From Planctomycetota bacterium (GTDB taxonomy: Bacteria > Planctomycetota > UBA8742 > UBA2392): 64,000 bases of DNA. The notes under the pieces are model-generated. The model worked only from the letters and a program-made list of their open reading frames with translations, was not told the origin of the DNA and did no database searches. The first letter of the stretch is position 1; every line of letters begins with the position of its first letter. Made by a program: the position numbers and the translations under genes. Where the stretch lies: positions 20,657 to 84,656 of the forward strand of contig JAOSKM010000001.1 of NCBI GenBank assembly GCA_027493625.1, in the 5' to 3' direction. This document shows, in pieces, positions 43,569 through 54,181 of this stretch.

Positions 43569-44768
43569 TTACTTCTCTTCGCTGTCGTCGAGCACGTCGA
43601 TGCGCTCGATCACGATCACCTTGTGGGGCCAGCCCTCGTAGCTCTTGATGGTGCCCACGATGCCGACCTTGCTGCCGCTCAGCTTGCCGAGGTCGCCCTT
43701 GTCCCAGCGCAGGTCGTAGAGCACCTTGCCGTTCTCGTCGAACAGGCGGTGGCTGGCGGGAGTCCTGGCGGTCTTGCCGGTGCTGCCGACGGTGCCGGTC
43801 ACCAGGTACTCGACCGGGCCCTTGGGCTGCTCTGCTTCCTTGGGCTTCTCGGTGGCTTCCTTGTGGATGCGCTCGATCTCGGCCTTGCGCCTGGCTTCTT
43901 CCTCGGCGAGGCGCTTGATCTCGGCGTCGATCAGCTTCACGGTCAGGTCGATCTTCTCGATGTACAGGCCGGCCTTGTCGCTGATGTTCTTGTCCAGCGC
44001 GAACTCAACGAACTGCTCGAACATCTTGCGGATCTCGGTCAGCTTCACCTCGGCCGCGGGCTTCTTCAGCTCGTCGTCCAGCAGCTTCTCGAGTTCGCGG
44101 AAGGTCTTGCGCTCGTCCTCCAGCTCTTCCTTGGTGGGTTCGCGCCTGGGCTCTTCCTTGGGCTTTTCGGCCACGGGCTTGTCTTCGGCCTTGGGAATCA
44201 GGCTGCCATCCGGGTTCGCCGGCGCGGCTTCCTTGGGCGTTTCCTTTACGATCTCGGCGGTCTTGCCGGCCTCGATATCCTTCACCTTCGCGATCAGCTC
44301 CAGTGACACGGCGCCGTGGGCGTTGGCCGGCGGCACCACGCGGACGTAGCCGTTCTCGCTCATCGGCTTGCCGGTTTCGCCGTTGATCACGGCCGTGAGC
44401 AGCTGGTCCTTCTCGGCCTGGCCGACCGGGAAGAACTTGGTGTCCGGGCTGACGCGCAGGTTGACCTTGTCGCCGCTGACCACCCAGTCTTTGCCGTCGG
44501 CGCCGGGCTTGACGAAGTCGGACGAGATCCAGCAGGGGGCGGAAGCGGGCAGCTGCACGGTGGCCCAGCCGTCCTTGACGCCGACCACGGTGAGCTCGTC
44601 GCCGTCGTTCATCACGCAGATCGGCGGATGGGCCAGGCTGGCGCCGGAGCGCAGACGGACCGACTCGCCGGTTACCTTGGCGACGTAGGGCGTGAAGGAG
44701 TCCTGGGCCAGCAGCGGCATGGCACAGGCCGCAACCAGCAGCAGGCAGAAGATTCGAAGCGCGTTCAT
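43569..44768 (-). CDS. Secreted SH3b-domain protein with a Lys/Glu-rich coiled-coil middle
   Basis: Signal peptide MNALRIFCLLLVAACAMPLLAQ. Two SH3b-like blocks (VRLRSGASLAHPPICVMNDGDELTVVGVKDGWATVQL; VNLRVSPDTKFFPVGQ). Charged helical region. Confidence 0.55.
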   Translation of the reverse strand: MNALRIFCLLLVAACAMPLLAQDSFTPYVAKVTGESVRLRSGASLAHPPICVMNDGDELTVVGVKDGWATVQLPASAPCWISSDFVKPGADGKDWVVSGDKVNLRVSPDTKFFPVGQAEKDQLLTAVINGETGKPMSENGYVRVVPPANAHGAVSLELIAKVKDIEAGKTAEIVKETPKEAAPANPDGSLIPKAEDKPVAEKPKEEPRREPTKEELEDERKTFRELEKLLDDELKKPAAEVKLTEIRKMFEQFVEFALDKNISDKAGLYIEKIDLTVKLIDAEIKRLAEEEARRKAEIERIHKEATEKPKEAEQPKGPVEYLVTGTVGSTGKTARTPASHRLFDENGKVLYDLRWDKGDLGKLSGSKVGIVGTIKSYEGWPHKVIVIERIDVLDDSEEK

Positions 44769-44905
44769 GTCGACCTCCGGCTTTGACGGGCGTTAGGCGA
44801 TACAGACGCCTGCCGATGCACCGCAACGGCGCAGGCGTCCTCGGGCCCTATCGGTTGACGAGGGCGGCGGCCTTCAGGAATTTCCGGATATCGCCGCAAA
44901 TGCAG

Positions 44906-44932
44906 AACGGGCCGGGAGAACCCGGCCCGTTC
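44906..44932 (-). terminator. Hairpin downstream of pilC
   Basis: gaacgggccggg-agaa-cccggcccgttc, an 11-12-bp stem. The T-tract on the minus strand is weak. Confidence 0.4.
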
Positions 44933-44949
44933 GCGATGACTGCGGATGC

Positions 44950-46218
44950 CTACTTCGCGGCGCCCTTGGCGGCCGCCTGGGACAGGCCGAAGATCGGCAG
45001 GTAGATGCCGAGGATCACCACCAGCACCACGGCGCCCAGGCCGACGATCAGCGCGGGCTCGATCATGGAAGTGATGGCCTGCACCTGGGACGACACTTCG
45101 TCTTCGTAGTACTCGGTCACGTCGCTGAGCATGTCGGGCAGCGCACCGGAGTCTTCACCGACCTTCACCATCTTGGTCATCAGGCCGGGGAAGATGCCGG
45201 ATTCGCTGATTGCCTGGAACAGGCTGTAGCCCTGGATCAGTTTCTGGCGGGCGTCGATCACCGCCTGCTCGAGCACGATGTTGCCCAGGGTCTTGCTGGT
45301 GATTTCCAGCGACTGGTCGAGGGTGATGCCGTTCTTGACCAGGGTGGAGAGCGTCATGGTGAAGCGCGACACGCCGGACTTCAGCACCAGCGGGCCGAAC
45401 AGCGGGGTCTTGAGGATGAAACGGTCCCAGTTCGCGGCGCCCTGGGGTGTGCGGCGCCAGAAGATGAAGGCCGCGACCGCGCCGCCCAGCGCCGGCAGGG
45501 TGATCCACCAGTAGTGCACGATGGCGTCCGAGACCGCGATCAGAACCTTGGTCAGGAACGGCAGGTCGGCGCCGAACTGCTCGAACAGCTTGGAGAACTG
45601 CGGCACCAGGAAGGTGAAGATGCCCGTCACGATCAGCACGAAGAAGCCGCCCACGAACTTGGGGTAGGCGGTGGCCGACTTGATCTGGCTCTGCAGCTTG
45701 TGGCGGCGCTTGAAGAACTGGCCCAGCTGCTCGAGGATGGTGTCGAGCGAGCCGGACACCTCACCCGCCTCCACCATGCTGCACATCAGGGCGTTGAACA
45801 CGTTGGGGTGCTTCTTGAAACCGTCCGACAGCTTGGCGCCCGCCTCCACGTCCGTCATCACGGACTGCAGCGCCGCCTTGAACACCGGGTTCTCGGTTTC
45901 GTTGGCGATGGTTTCCAGCGAGTCCAGCAGCGACAAACCGGCGCGCAGCATGGTCGACATCTGGCGGCAGAAGGCCGCCATGTCCGACACCTTCACCTTC
46001 TTGGCGAAGATGCTGCCCTGCGACTTGGCGACGGCCTGGGCTTCCGTGGGCGCGGCCATGGGGCCGGACGGGCCCGCGCCGCCTTCCGACTTTACGCCGA
46101 TGACGGTCAGCCCGGAACGGCGCAACTCCGCGACGAGGTCGCCGACGGAAGGCGCGTCTTTCACCTGGCTGATGGTTCGCCCGGACGCATCACGGGCCGT
46201 GACAGTGTAGAGCGGCAT
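44950..46218 (-). CDS. pilC: Type IV pilus assembly platform protein PilC (GspF family)
   Basis: 422 aa with duplicated GspF domains, 3 TM segments and a typical N-terminus (MPLYTVTARDASGRTISQV). Confidence 0.9.
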   Translation of the reverse strand: MPLYTVTARDASGRTISQVKDAPSVGDLVAELRRSGLTVIGVKSEGGAGPSGPMAAPTEAQAVAKSQGSIFAKKVKVSDMAAFCRQMSTMLRAGLSLLDSLETIANETENPVFKAALQSVMTDVEAGAKLSDGFKKHPNVFNALMCSMVEAGEVSGSLDTILEQLGQFFKRRHKLQSQIKSATAYPKFVGGFFVLIVTGIFTFLVPQFSKLFEQFGADLPFLTKVLIAVSDAIVHYWWITLPALGGAVAAFIFWRRTPQGAANWDRFILKTPLFGPLVLKSGVSRFTMTLSTLVKNGITLDQSLEITSKTLGNIVLEQAVIDARQKLIQGYSLFQAISESGIFPGLMTKMVKVGEDSGALPDMLSDVTEYYEDEVSSQVQAITSMIEPALIVGLGAVVLVVILGIYLPIFGLSQAAAKGAAK

Positions 46219-46294
46219 AAGGCTGCCTCAGAAGGAAACAGAATTAGCTTGAAGTATAGCTGTTTTCCCGGCAGCGAACAGCCGAAATCGCCTG

Positions 46295-47437
<1,143 letters not shown>

Positions 47438-47522
47438 TTTGCCCCTTCGGAACAGGTTTCAGGTTCCAGGTATCAGGTTTCAGGGAGTCCCCTGTAACCC
47501 GAAACCAGGCACCGGAACCCGC

Positions 47523-49454
47523 CTAATCCTCGTAGAACAGGCTGACGGCTTCTTCCACCGTGGTCAACCCGTCCAGCAGCTTCATGAAACAGCTCTGGCG
47601 CAACGTGCGCTGACCGTTGCGCTGGCACTCTTCTTCCAGTTCGTTCTCGGGGCGCTGGGCGATGATCATTTCGCGCAGCTTGGGCGTCATGGTCATGTAC
47701 TCGTGCACAGCCAGTCGGCCCTTGTAGCCCGAGTTGTTGCAGAACGTGCAGCCCTTGCCGCGCCACAGGTCGATCTCGACGCTGGGCTGGCGGAAGCTGT
47801 TCGCGAGCTGCACCTGCAGCGCCTCGCTGGGCGTGTATTGCTCTTTGCACTTGGGGCAGATCATGCGGATCAGGCGCTGGCTGATCGCGCAGATCAGCGC
47901 ACTGGTGATCATGTAGCGCGCCAGGCCCATGTCCGCCATACGAGTGACGGTGGCCACGGCCGTGTTGGTGTGGATGGTGCTGAACACCAGGTGGCCGGTG
48001 AGTGCCGCGCGCACCGCGATTTCCAGGGTTTCCTGGTCGCGCATCTCACCGATCATCACGACGTCCGGGTCCTGACGCAGGATGCTTCGCAGGGCGGCGG
48101 CGAAGGTCATGCCGATGTTGGCGCGCACCTGCACCTGGTTGACGCCGGGCAGCTGGTACTCGACCGGGTCTTCGACCGTGACGATGTTGATCTCGGGCGA
48201 GTAGATGTGTTTCAGGAACGAATACAGGGTGGTGGTCTTGCCCGAGCCGGTGGGCCCGGTCAGCACGATCACGCCGTGCGGCGTCTGCAGCACGCGCTTC
48301 ATTTCCTTGAGCGTCATGGGGTCGAAGCCGAGGCTGTCGATGTCCATGGACGTCGCGGACTTGTCCAGGATTCGCATCACGACCTTCTCGCCGTGCACCA
48401 CCGGCAGGGTCGAAACGCGCATGTCCACCACGCGGTCGCCGAGTTTCAGCTTGCAGCGACCGTCCTGGGGCAGGCGGCGCTCGGCGATGTCGAGGCCGCT
48501 GATGATCTTGATGCGGCTGACCACCGCGTTCATCAGGCGCTTGGGCGGCGCGGTCACCTCGCGCAGCGCGCCGTCGATGCGGAAGCGCACGGCCACTTCG
48601 CGCTCGAAGGGCTCGAAGTGGATGTCCGATGCGCGCTGCTTGACGGCCTCCATGAGCGTGGCGTTGACGTACTTGACCACCGGGGCGTTGCTTGCCGCGT
48701 CGATCGCGTCGTTGTCGAGCCCGAGGTCGTCGTCCATGTCCTCGACCAGCTCGGCGTCGACGCTTTTCAGGTCTTCGCCCATCTGGTCGAGGCTGTACTG
48801 CTGCGCGTAGTGCTTGTCGATGGCGTCGGCGATCGCGATGCGCGAGCCGATGTAGACCTTCACGCTCTTGCCGGTCAGCGACTTGATGGTGTCGATGGCG
48901 ATCACGTCGGCCGGGTTGGCCATCGCGACGTGCAGGGTCTCCTTGTCGTCCTCGAGCCTGAAGGCGATCAGGTTGAAGCGCCTTGCCTGGCGCTCCTGGA
49001 TCAGCAGGACGGCGTCGCTTTCAATCTTGAGGTTTTCGTCGCTGAGGTTGACCGATTCCACGCCCAGGTTGACGGCGAGGTACTTGATCAGCTCGTTTTC
49101 CTCGACCAGGTTGGTGTCGACCAGCACGCGGCCCAGCTGCTTGCCGGTCTGGCGGTGGATCTTGAGCGCGTGCTCGAGCTGGTCTTCGTCAATGACGTTG
49201 GCCTCGAGCAGCAACTCGCCTAGGCGCTTGCGCTTGCCGCCCGCGCCCGTCCGCGACGGCAGCGGACGCGCGCCCACGGCCGGCGGGCGCTTGGACAGCG
49301 CGGGGTTGCCCGCGCCCGACGCGGCGCCGTTGGCCGCGGGGTCACCGGGTGTGGAAGTCTGGCCGGCGACCGCCACGCTGCGCACGTAGCGGACGCCGGA
49401 GGTGGGCTTGCGCGACTGGCCCGTATTCGCCGGATTCTGGGGCGTTCCCGCCAT
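47523..49454 (-). CDS. pilB: Type IV pilus assembly ATPase PilB (GspE family)
   Basis: N-terminal GspE-N/MshEN-like domain (LGELLLEANVIDEDQLEHALKIH), Walker A LTGPTGSGKTTT, tetracysteine motif (CPKC ... CTFC). About 70-aa low-complexity N-terminal extension. Confidence 0.9.
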   Translation of the reverse strand: MAGTPQNPANTGQSRKPTSGVRYVRSVAVAGQTSTPGDPAANGAASGAGNPALSKRPPAVGARPLPSRTGAGGKRKRLGELLLEANVIDEDQLEHALKIHRQTGKQLGRVLVDTNLVEENELIKYLAVNLGVESVNLSDENLKIESDAVLLIQERQARRFNLIAFRLEDDKETLHVAMANPADVIAIDTIKSLTGKSVKVYIGSRIAIADAIDKHYAQQYSLDQMGEDLKSVDAELVEDMDDDLGLDNDAIDAASNAPVVKYVNATLMEAVKQRASDIHFEPFEREVAVRFRIDGALREVTAPPKRLMNAVVSRIKIISGLDIAERRLPQDGRCKLKLGDRVVDMRVSTLPVVHGEKVVMRILDKSATSMDIDSLGFDPMTLKEMKRVLQTPHGVIVLTGPTGSGKTTTLYSFLKHIYSPEINIVTVEDPVEYQLPGVNQVQVRANIGMTFAAALRSILRQDPDVVMIGEMRDQETLEIAVRAALTGHLVFSTIHTNTAVATVTRMADMGLARYMITSALICAISQRLIRMICPKCKEQYTPSEALQVQLANSFRQPSVEIDLWRGKGCTFCNNSGYKGRLAVHEYMTMTPKLREMIIAQRPENELEEECQRNGQRTLRQSCFMKLLDGLTTVEEAVSLFYED

Positions 49455-49517
49455 TCAAATACACTCCTCGCGATCCACGGCCCCGGGGCCGCGTGGCTGC
49501 CCGCCTTTTACCGCTTG

Positions 49518-50345
49518 TTATTCGCCTGCTTCAGCCGGCTTGGCCGCAGCGGCCTCGTCCAGCTGCTTCTGCATGTCGACCGGGATGTCCAGTTTGCACT
49601 GCGTCTTCGCGCGCTCCAGGCAGGACCTGGCCTTGTCCCACTCCTGGCGCGCCAGGTGGCAGCGCGCCTGCCGCAGCAGGTAATTGCCGAGCTGCTTCAT
49701 GTCCACCTCGGCCGCGATCCCGCTGGCGCGCTTGGAGTCCGGCTTGGACACCAGGTCCACCGCGACGTCGGCATGCACCAGCGCCGACTCGAAGTCGTTC
49801 AGCGCCATGTAGCCGGCCGCGATGTTGTAGTGCGCAGTGGGATTGAACTGGTCGTCCTTGATCGACTTCTTCAGCGCGTCGATGGCCTCGTCCACCAGCC
49901 CGCCGCGCAGGTAGGCCGCGCCGAGGTGCAGGTTGTAGAGCGCGATCGAGGCGGTGATATTGCCGCCATCCTCGGCTGCCGGGTTGTCGCCGCCGATCAG
50001 GTCGCGCGAATCCTCGGCGGCCTGCACCGCGAGTTCGTAGTGCTCGATGGCCTCGGGCACCATGTTGAGGTTGTCGTAGATCAGCCCGATGTTGAAGTGA
50101 CCCTGCGCGAAGCGCGGCTCATCGACCAGCACTTCCGACCAGGCGCGGATCGCCTCGAAGTACTTGGCGTCGTCCTGCAGTTGCAGGGCTTCGTAGTACT
50201 TGTCCGCCGGGATGCTGAATTCTTCAGCTCCCTGCTTGATCGACTTGCCGCTCGCGCAAGCTGTCAGTACGAACATCGCAAGAAGGCCCGCAGCCATTCC
50301 AAGTTTCTTTGTCGTGTTCACCACGCCCCCCGGTTCCGTGCTCAT
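49518..50345 (-). CDS. TPR lipoprotein, possibly PilF/PilW-like
   Basis: Lipobox VLTAC, then about 5 TPR units. Sits immediately upstream of pilB on the same strand. Confidence 0.55.
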   Translation of the reverse strand: MSTEPGGVVNTTKKLGMAAGLLAMFVLTACASGKSIKQGAEEFSIPADKYYEALQLQDDAKYFEAIRAWSEVLVDEPRFAQGHFNIGLIYDNLNMVPEAIEHYELAVQAAEDSRDLIGGDNPAAEDGGNITASIALYNLHLGAAYLRGGLVDEAIDALKKSIKDDQFNPTAHYNIAAGYMALNDFESALVHADVAVDLVSKPDSKRASGIAAEVDMKQLGNYLLRQARCHLARQEWDKARSCLERAKTQCKLDIPVDMQKQLDEAAAAKPAEAGE

Positions 50346-50454
50346 TCTACGTGCTTTCGCAATACGAGGTTAGGTACAGGATACAGAATCAACAAGATAG
50401 TCCGCTGAATTCCCACCGGTCAACTGCACCGCTGACCGGCTCGAGCGGGATCTC

Positions 50455-52590
50455 CTATGCCGTCTTGCGCCGGCGGATCGCCGCCAGCCCCACCAGCAGC
50501 ACCGCCAGCAGCAGCGGCCAGGCCGGCCCGCCCCGCGTGGCGAGGTTGCAGCTGTCGTCATCATCGTCCTCATCCAGCGGGTCGTCAGGCAGCTGCTCGG
50601 CCAGCGTAATGATGCCGCCGGTCACTCCCGTGCCGCTGATGCCGCCGTTTACGCCTGCCGGCAGGATCGACGTCGTGCAGGTCGGGTTCGGCGTGGGAAC
50701 CGCGCCGCCGCTGAAGCTGATCGCCACCGCGAAGTCGCCCGTGCCGCCCGCCGCCACCACGCTGCTCAGACCGCTGAAGCTGAGCGTGATGGTGTTGCCC
50801 GGCGCGCTCCAGCCCGCGCCGCCGTTCGTGATGGTCTGCAGCGGCGTGCCCACACCCACCCGGTACAGCGACGCCGAGGTCACCGCGCCGACCGCCGCCG
50901 TGCCGTTGGTGGCGATCGTCACCGTCGCGCTGGTGACCGTGAACGCCGTGCCGCCGCCCGTTTCCGTGATGCGGAACACCAGGCCGGTACGCGTGCTGCC
51001 CGGCGTCGCGGTCTGGCTGCCGGGGTTGCTCGGCGAAGTCGACATCGAGCCCGCGGCCGGCGGCGCGTCATTGTCCGCGATGTTCATGGTGGCCGAGCTG
51101 GGCGTGCCGACCGTGTAGCCGGTGCCGGACTGCACCGTGAGGATCGCGGTTTCGGTGCCTTCCACCAGCGCGTCGTCGACCGGCGTCAGCGTGACCGTGA
51201 TGCTGTTGGTGCCGCTGGCGATCACGATCGTGCCGTTCGGCGCCGTGTAGTTCAGCGTCCCGCCGCTGGTCAGGTTGTAGTCGCCGGTGGTGGCGGCGGT
51301 ACCGCTCATCTGGAAGTTGATGGTGGTGTCGGACGGAACGTTCTGCGAGGCGGTGAAGGTGTAGGTGCCGGCGGCCGGGCCGGTCTCGCCGGGCGTGCCG
51401 CTGGCCGCCACGCTGACGCTGATCGAGTCGTTGTCGGCAATGGTCAGTGTCGCGTTGGTGGGTGCGACCACCGTGTAGCCGGTGCCCGCGGTGGCCGTGA
51501 GGATCGCCGTCTCGGCGTTCTCGGCGTCGCCGTCGTCTACGGGCGTCAGGGTGATGGTCGCGGTGCCGGCCGCGGGAACCACGATGGTGCCGTTGGGGCC
51601 GGTGGTGTAGGTAAGCGTCTGGGCGCTGGAGAGGTTGTAGTCGGTGCCGCTGGCGACCGCGGCCGTGCCGCTCATCTGGAAGTTGACGGTCAGGTTGGCG
51701 CCCGGCGCCGGTGTGCAGGTGACGGTGTAGGTGCCGGTGACTGTGCCCTGCTCGTCGGGGCTGCCGGCGGAGGTGACGGTGACCTCGGGCGGGTCGACGA
51801 CGATCTGCAGATCAAAGGTGACACTGGTGTTCGCGCCGCCATCGGACACGGTGACTGTGAAGCCCCAGGTCCCTACGTCGGCGATGGTCAGGGCCCCTGA
51901 TGCGACCGCAGTCAGCACGAGCGTACCTGCAATCGGGCCGTTGTTGGTGACCGTGAATGTGCCGCTGGCGGGATTGCCGACGTCGGCGGCGACATTGGTG
52001 ACTGTCAGTGTCTGGCCCGTGTTGCCGTCGGTGACGTTGCACAGGTCGAGTGAGGGCGTGGTAGCGAGTGCCTGGCTGGCCGGGGCGAAGGGATTGCTGC
52101 TGACGGCATGAGCGCCCTGTGCGCCCTGGGGGGCCACGTCGGAGATGATGATCCGGATCACGGCCTGCACCACGTTGGGTGTGCCTTCGTCATCCTGGAA
52201 GTCGATGGTGAAGTCGTAGTTGCCGGGCGCGTTGCCGGCGTCCACGGTGCCGGTCCAGGAGATGGTGAGCGTCGCGCCGGCGGCCCCGGACTGGGGGGCT
52301 GTGGGCGCCGTCACGCCGGTCGGCGTGCCGGGGTTGGGCGTCACGGAGTTGAGAGTGAGGGTCTGGCTGCCGCCCGGGTTGTCCGCGTCGGCCAGGTCGA
52401 TGTCGGCGTTGGCGAGCGTACCGCCGGGGGCGATGGTCAGCTCGAAGTCGATGCCACCCGTGCCGCTGGCCGAGAAGGCGGAGCTGCCGGACGGCGCTGC
52501 CGTCGGCGCAACCGCCGCAAGCGCCGAGCTGCATGCAATCAGGCCTATGACAAGTGCAGCAAACTGAATGCGCATGATATCCCCCCGCAT
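50455..52590 (-). CDS. Surface protein with Calx-beta domains and a Cys-containing C-terminal sorting signal
   Basis: Signal peptide (MRIQFAALVIGLIACSSALAA). Two clear Calx-beta-like blocks (ITLTPVDDGDAENAETAILTATAGTGYTV...LTIADND; VTLTPVDDALVEGTETAILTVQSGTGYTV...MNIADND). C-terminus DDDDDSCNLATRGGPAWPLLLAVLLVGLAAIRRRKTA. Confidence 0.7.
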   Translation of the reverse strand: MRGDIMRIQFAALVIGLIACSSALAAVAPTAAPSGSSAFSASGTGGIDFELTIAPGGTLANADIDLADADNPGGSQTLTLNSVTPNPGTPTGVTAPTAPQSGAAGATLTISWTGTVDAGNAPGNYDFTIDFQDDEGTPNVVQAVIRIIISDVAPQGAQGAHAVSSNPFAPASQALATTPSLDLCNVTDGNTGQTLTVTNVAADVGNPASGTFTVTNNGPIAGTLVLTAVASGALTIADVGTWGFTVTVSDGGANTSVTFDLQIVVDPPEVTVTSAGSPDEQGTVTGTYTVTCTPAPGANLTVNFQMSGTAAVASGTDYNLSSAQTLTYTTGPNGTIVVPAAGTATITLTPVDDGDAENAETAILTATAGTGYTVVAPTNATLTIADNDSISVSVAASGTPGETGPAAGTYTFTASQNVPSDTTINFQMSGTAATTGDYNLTSGGTLNYTAPNGTIVIASGTNSITVTLTPVDDALVEGTETAILTVQSGTGYTVGTPSSATMNIADNDAPPAAGSMSTSPSNPGSQTATPGSTRTGLVFRITETGGGTAFTVTSATVTIATNGTAAVGAVTSASLYRVGVGTPLQTITNGGAGWSAPGNTITLSFSGLSSVVAAGGTGDFAVAISFSGGAVPTPNPTCTTSILPAGVNGGISGTGVTGGIITLAEQLPDDPLDEDDDDDSCNLATRGGPAWPLLLAVLLVGLAAIRRRKTA

Positions 52591-53008
52591 CAGGTGATTG
52601 TGACGAAGCGCCCCGCGGCCTTTCCGCGAGTCGGTCCAATACTCGATTCGGATCCAGATTTATCGTAGAGCAGCCAAAGCCTATCGCCGCCTGTGAATAT
52701 TCGCAAGCTCTTGCTTTGAAGCACTTTCGAACCAGCACCCGGTGTTGCTTCCGCAACACGACGGAGCCTGCCACGGGTCTGTCAGTGCAGCGCTGTTGCG
52801 CCCGTTGCCGTCATAAAATCCATTGAGTGACTTATAGCATTCGGCAGCTCGGTGTTTACTGCTGGGCGTGGTGGGAGGTAGCCGCGGATTCTGGGGTGGG
52901 CCCGACCAACCTGTCGGTTCGGCCAGGCGCTGCCATGCCGAAACTGTCGCGCAAAAAACGACGCAACCGCCGACAGGGTTGTCGGCGCCACCCAACCAAC
53001 GGCCATCA

Positions 53009-53499
53009 CTACGCCGCGCGTTTCTGTCGGCCGATGCCGGGGTGCAGCTTGGCGATGATGCGCGTCAGCAGGCTGGAGGCCTGCAGGCCCACACGCATCA
53101 GCGTCACCACCGGGTCGGCGCCCCGGCGCGGGCGCTTCTGCGCGGGGAGGTCCGATGGTTCCGGGCGGCGCGTCAGGATCTGCGCAGCTTCTTCGCGCCA
53201 GGCCTCCGGCACCTGCTGCAGGGCCGCGTCCGTGGTGCGCACCACCTGGTGGACCAGCCGGGCCGCGTCGGCCAGCATGCGGGTGGCTTCGGCTTCGCTG
53301 AGTGCGGCGGCCTCGGCCAGCAGCGTGCGGGCCTGCGCAAGCTGGGCTTTCGCCTGGGCCAGCGGCTGCGGAGTCTCGGCGACGGGGCTGTCGTGGTCGC
53401 CTGCCTCCGAGCTGGCAGGGGGATGCCTTCCGCCCTGCGCGCCTCCTTCATGCGCTGTTTCATGGCCTTCAGGCGGGCTTTGCGTTGTGCACGGTTCAT
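53009..53499 (-). CDS. Small Ala/Gln-rich helical protein; the reading frame appears broken once
   Basis: ATG 53499 has a strong RBS (GAAGGAGAG) and opens MNRAQRKARLKAMKQRMKEARRAEG. Sensible sequence then continues in another frame (SSEAGDHDSPVAETPQPLAQAKAQLAQARTLLAEAAALSEAEATRMLADAARLVHQVV ... stop at 53009). The switch is near G5 at 53418-53422. Confidence 0.4.
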
Positions 53500-53635
53500 C
53501 GTTCTCTCCTTCGTCAGGTAGACGGGAGAGATGTTAGCGGTGCCCGCGACACTTTCCGGGCGAGTAGGAGGACTCTGCGGCGCAAAAACAGAAACGCCCG
53601 CGACCGGGGCCGCGGGCGTCAGGGATCAAGCGGGT

Positions 53636-54067
53636 TCAGACCGAAACCACCGGCAGGCGGTCGCTGCTGCCGATGCGCCAGCGCCGCTTGAGCGCGAGCT
53701 CAACCCTGTCGCAAAGCTCGCTGAGCCTGAAGTTGCCCTCGAACACGTGGAACACGCCGAGGGTCTTGAACTGTTCGCGTTCCCAGTCGCTGACGTCGCG
53801 CACGATCAGGATTACCGGCGCGTCGGCCTCGGCCATCAGGTCCGCAAGCCCGTAAATGCCCGCGGCGCCGAAGCGTTCGAAGTCGGCGATCACAATGTGG
53901 GGGCGCTTTCTGCGCGCGAAATCCAGGGCTTCGTGGGCATGCTCGAAGCGTTCCAGCCTTACCTGCAGCCTTTCCGCCAGTGGCTGGGCCACCAGGGTGG
54001 CCTGCTTCTCACTGGCCAGGATCAGCCCCAGTCTCAAGTGAACGTAGGAACCTTTCAAACCCAGCAC
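53636..54067 (-). CDS. Single-domain receiver-like protein with a degenerate active site (pseudo-receiver)
   Basis: CheY-like alternation with a candidate acceptor Asp in HIVIADFERFG. The N-terminal acidic pair is replaced (LILASEKQ) and the conserved Lys position reads FEGNF. Confidence 0.5.
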   Translation of the reverse strand: MLGLKGSYVHLRLGLILASEKQATLVAQPLAERLQVRLERFEHAHEALDFARRKRPHIVIADFERFGAAGIYGLADLMAEADAPVILIVRDVSDWEREQFKTLGVFHVFEGNFRLSELCDRVELALKRRWRIGSSDRLPVVSV

Positions 54068-54160
54068 CTCTCAAGCCCCGAAGAAGTGCAACACGCTAGG
54101 AAGCCGGGCCTGATGTGACAATAAAAATCACCATGACTGGGCGGTCAATTTGAGAGCCAC

Positions 54161-54181
54161 AAAGCCCGTGATTTCGGGCTT
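54161..54181 (-). terminator. Short hairpin at the sdaA stop codon
   Basis: aagccc-gtgatttc-gggctt abuts the stop and is followed on the minus strand by tttgtgg. Confidence 0.35.
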
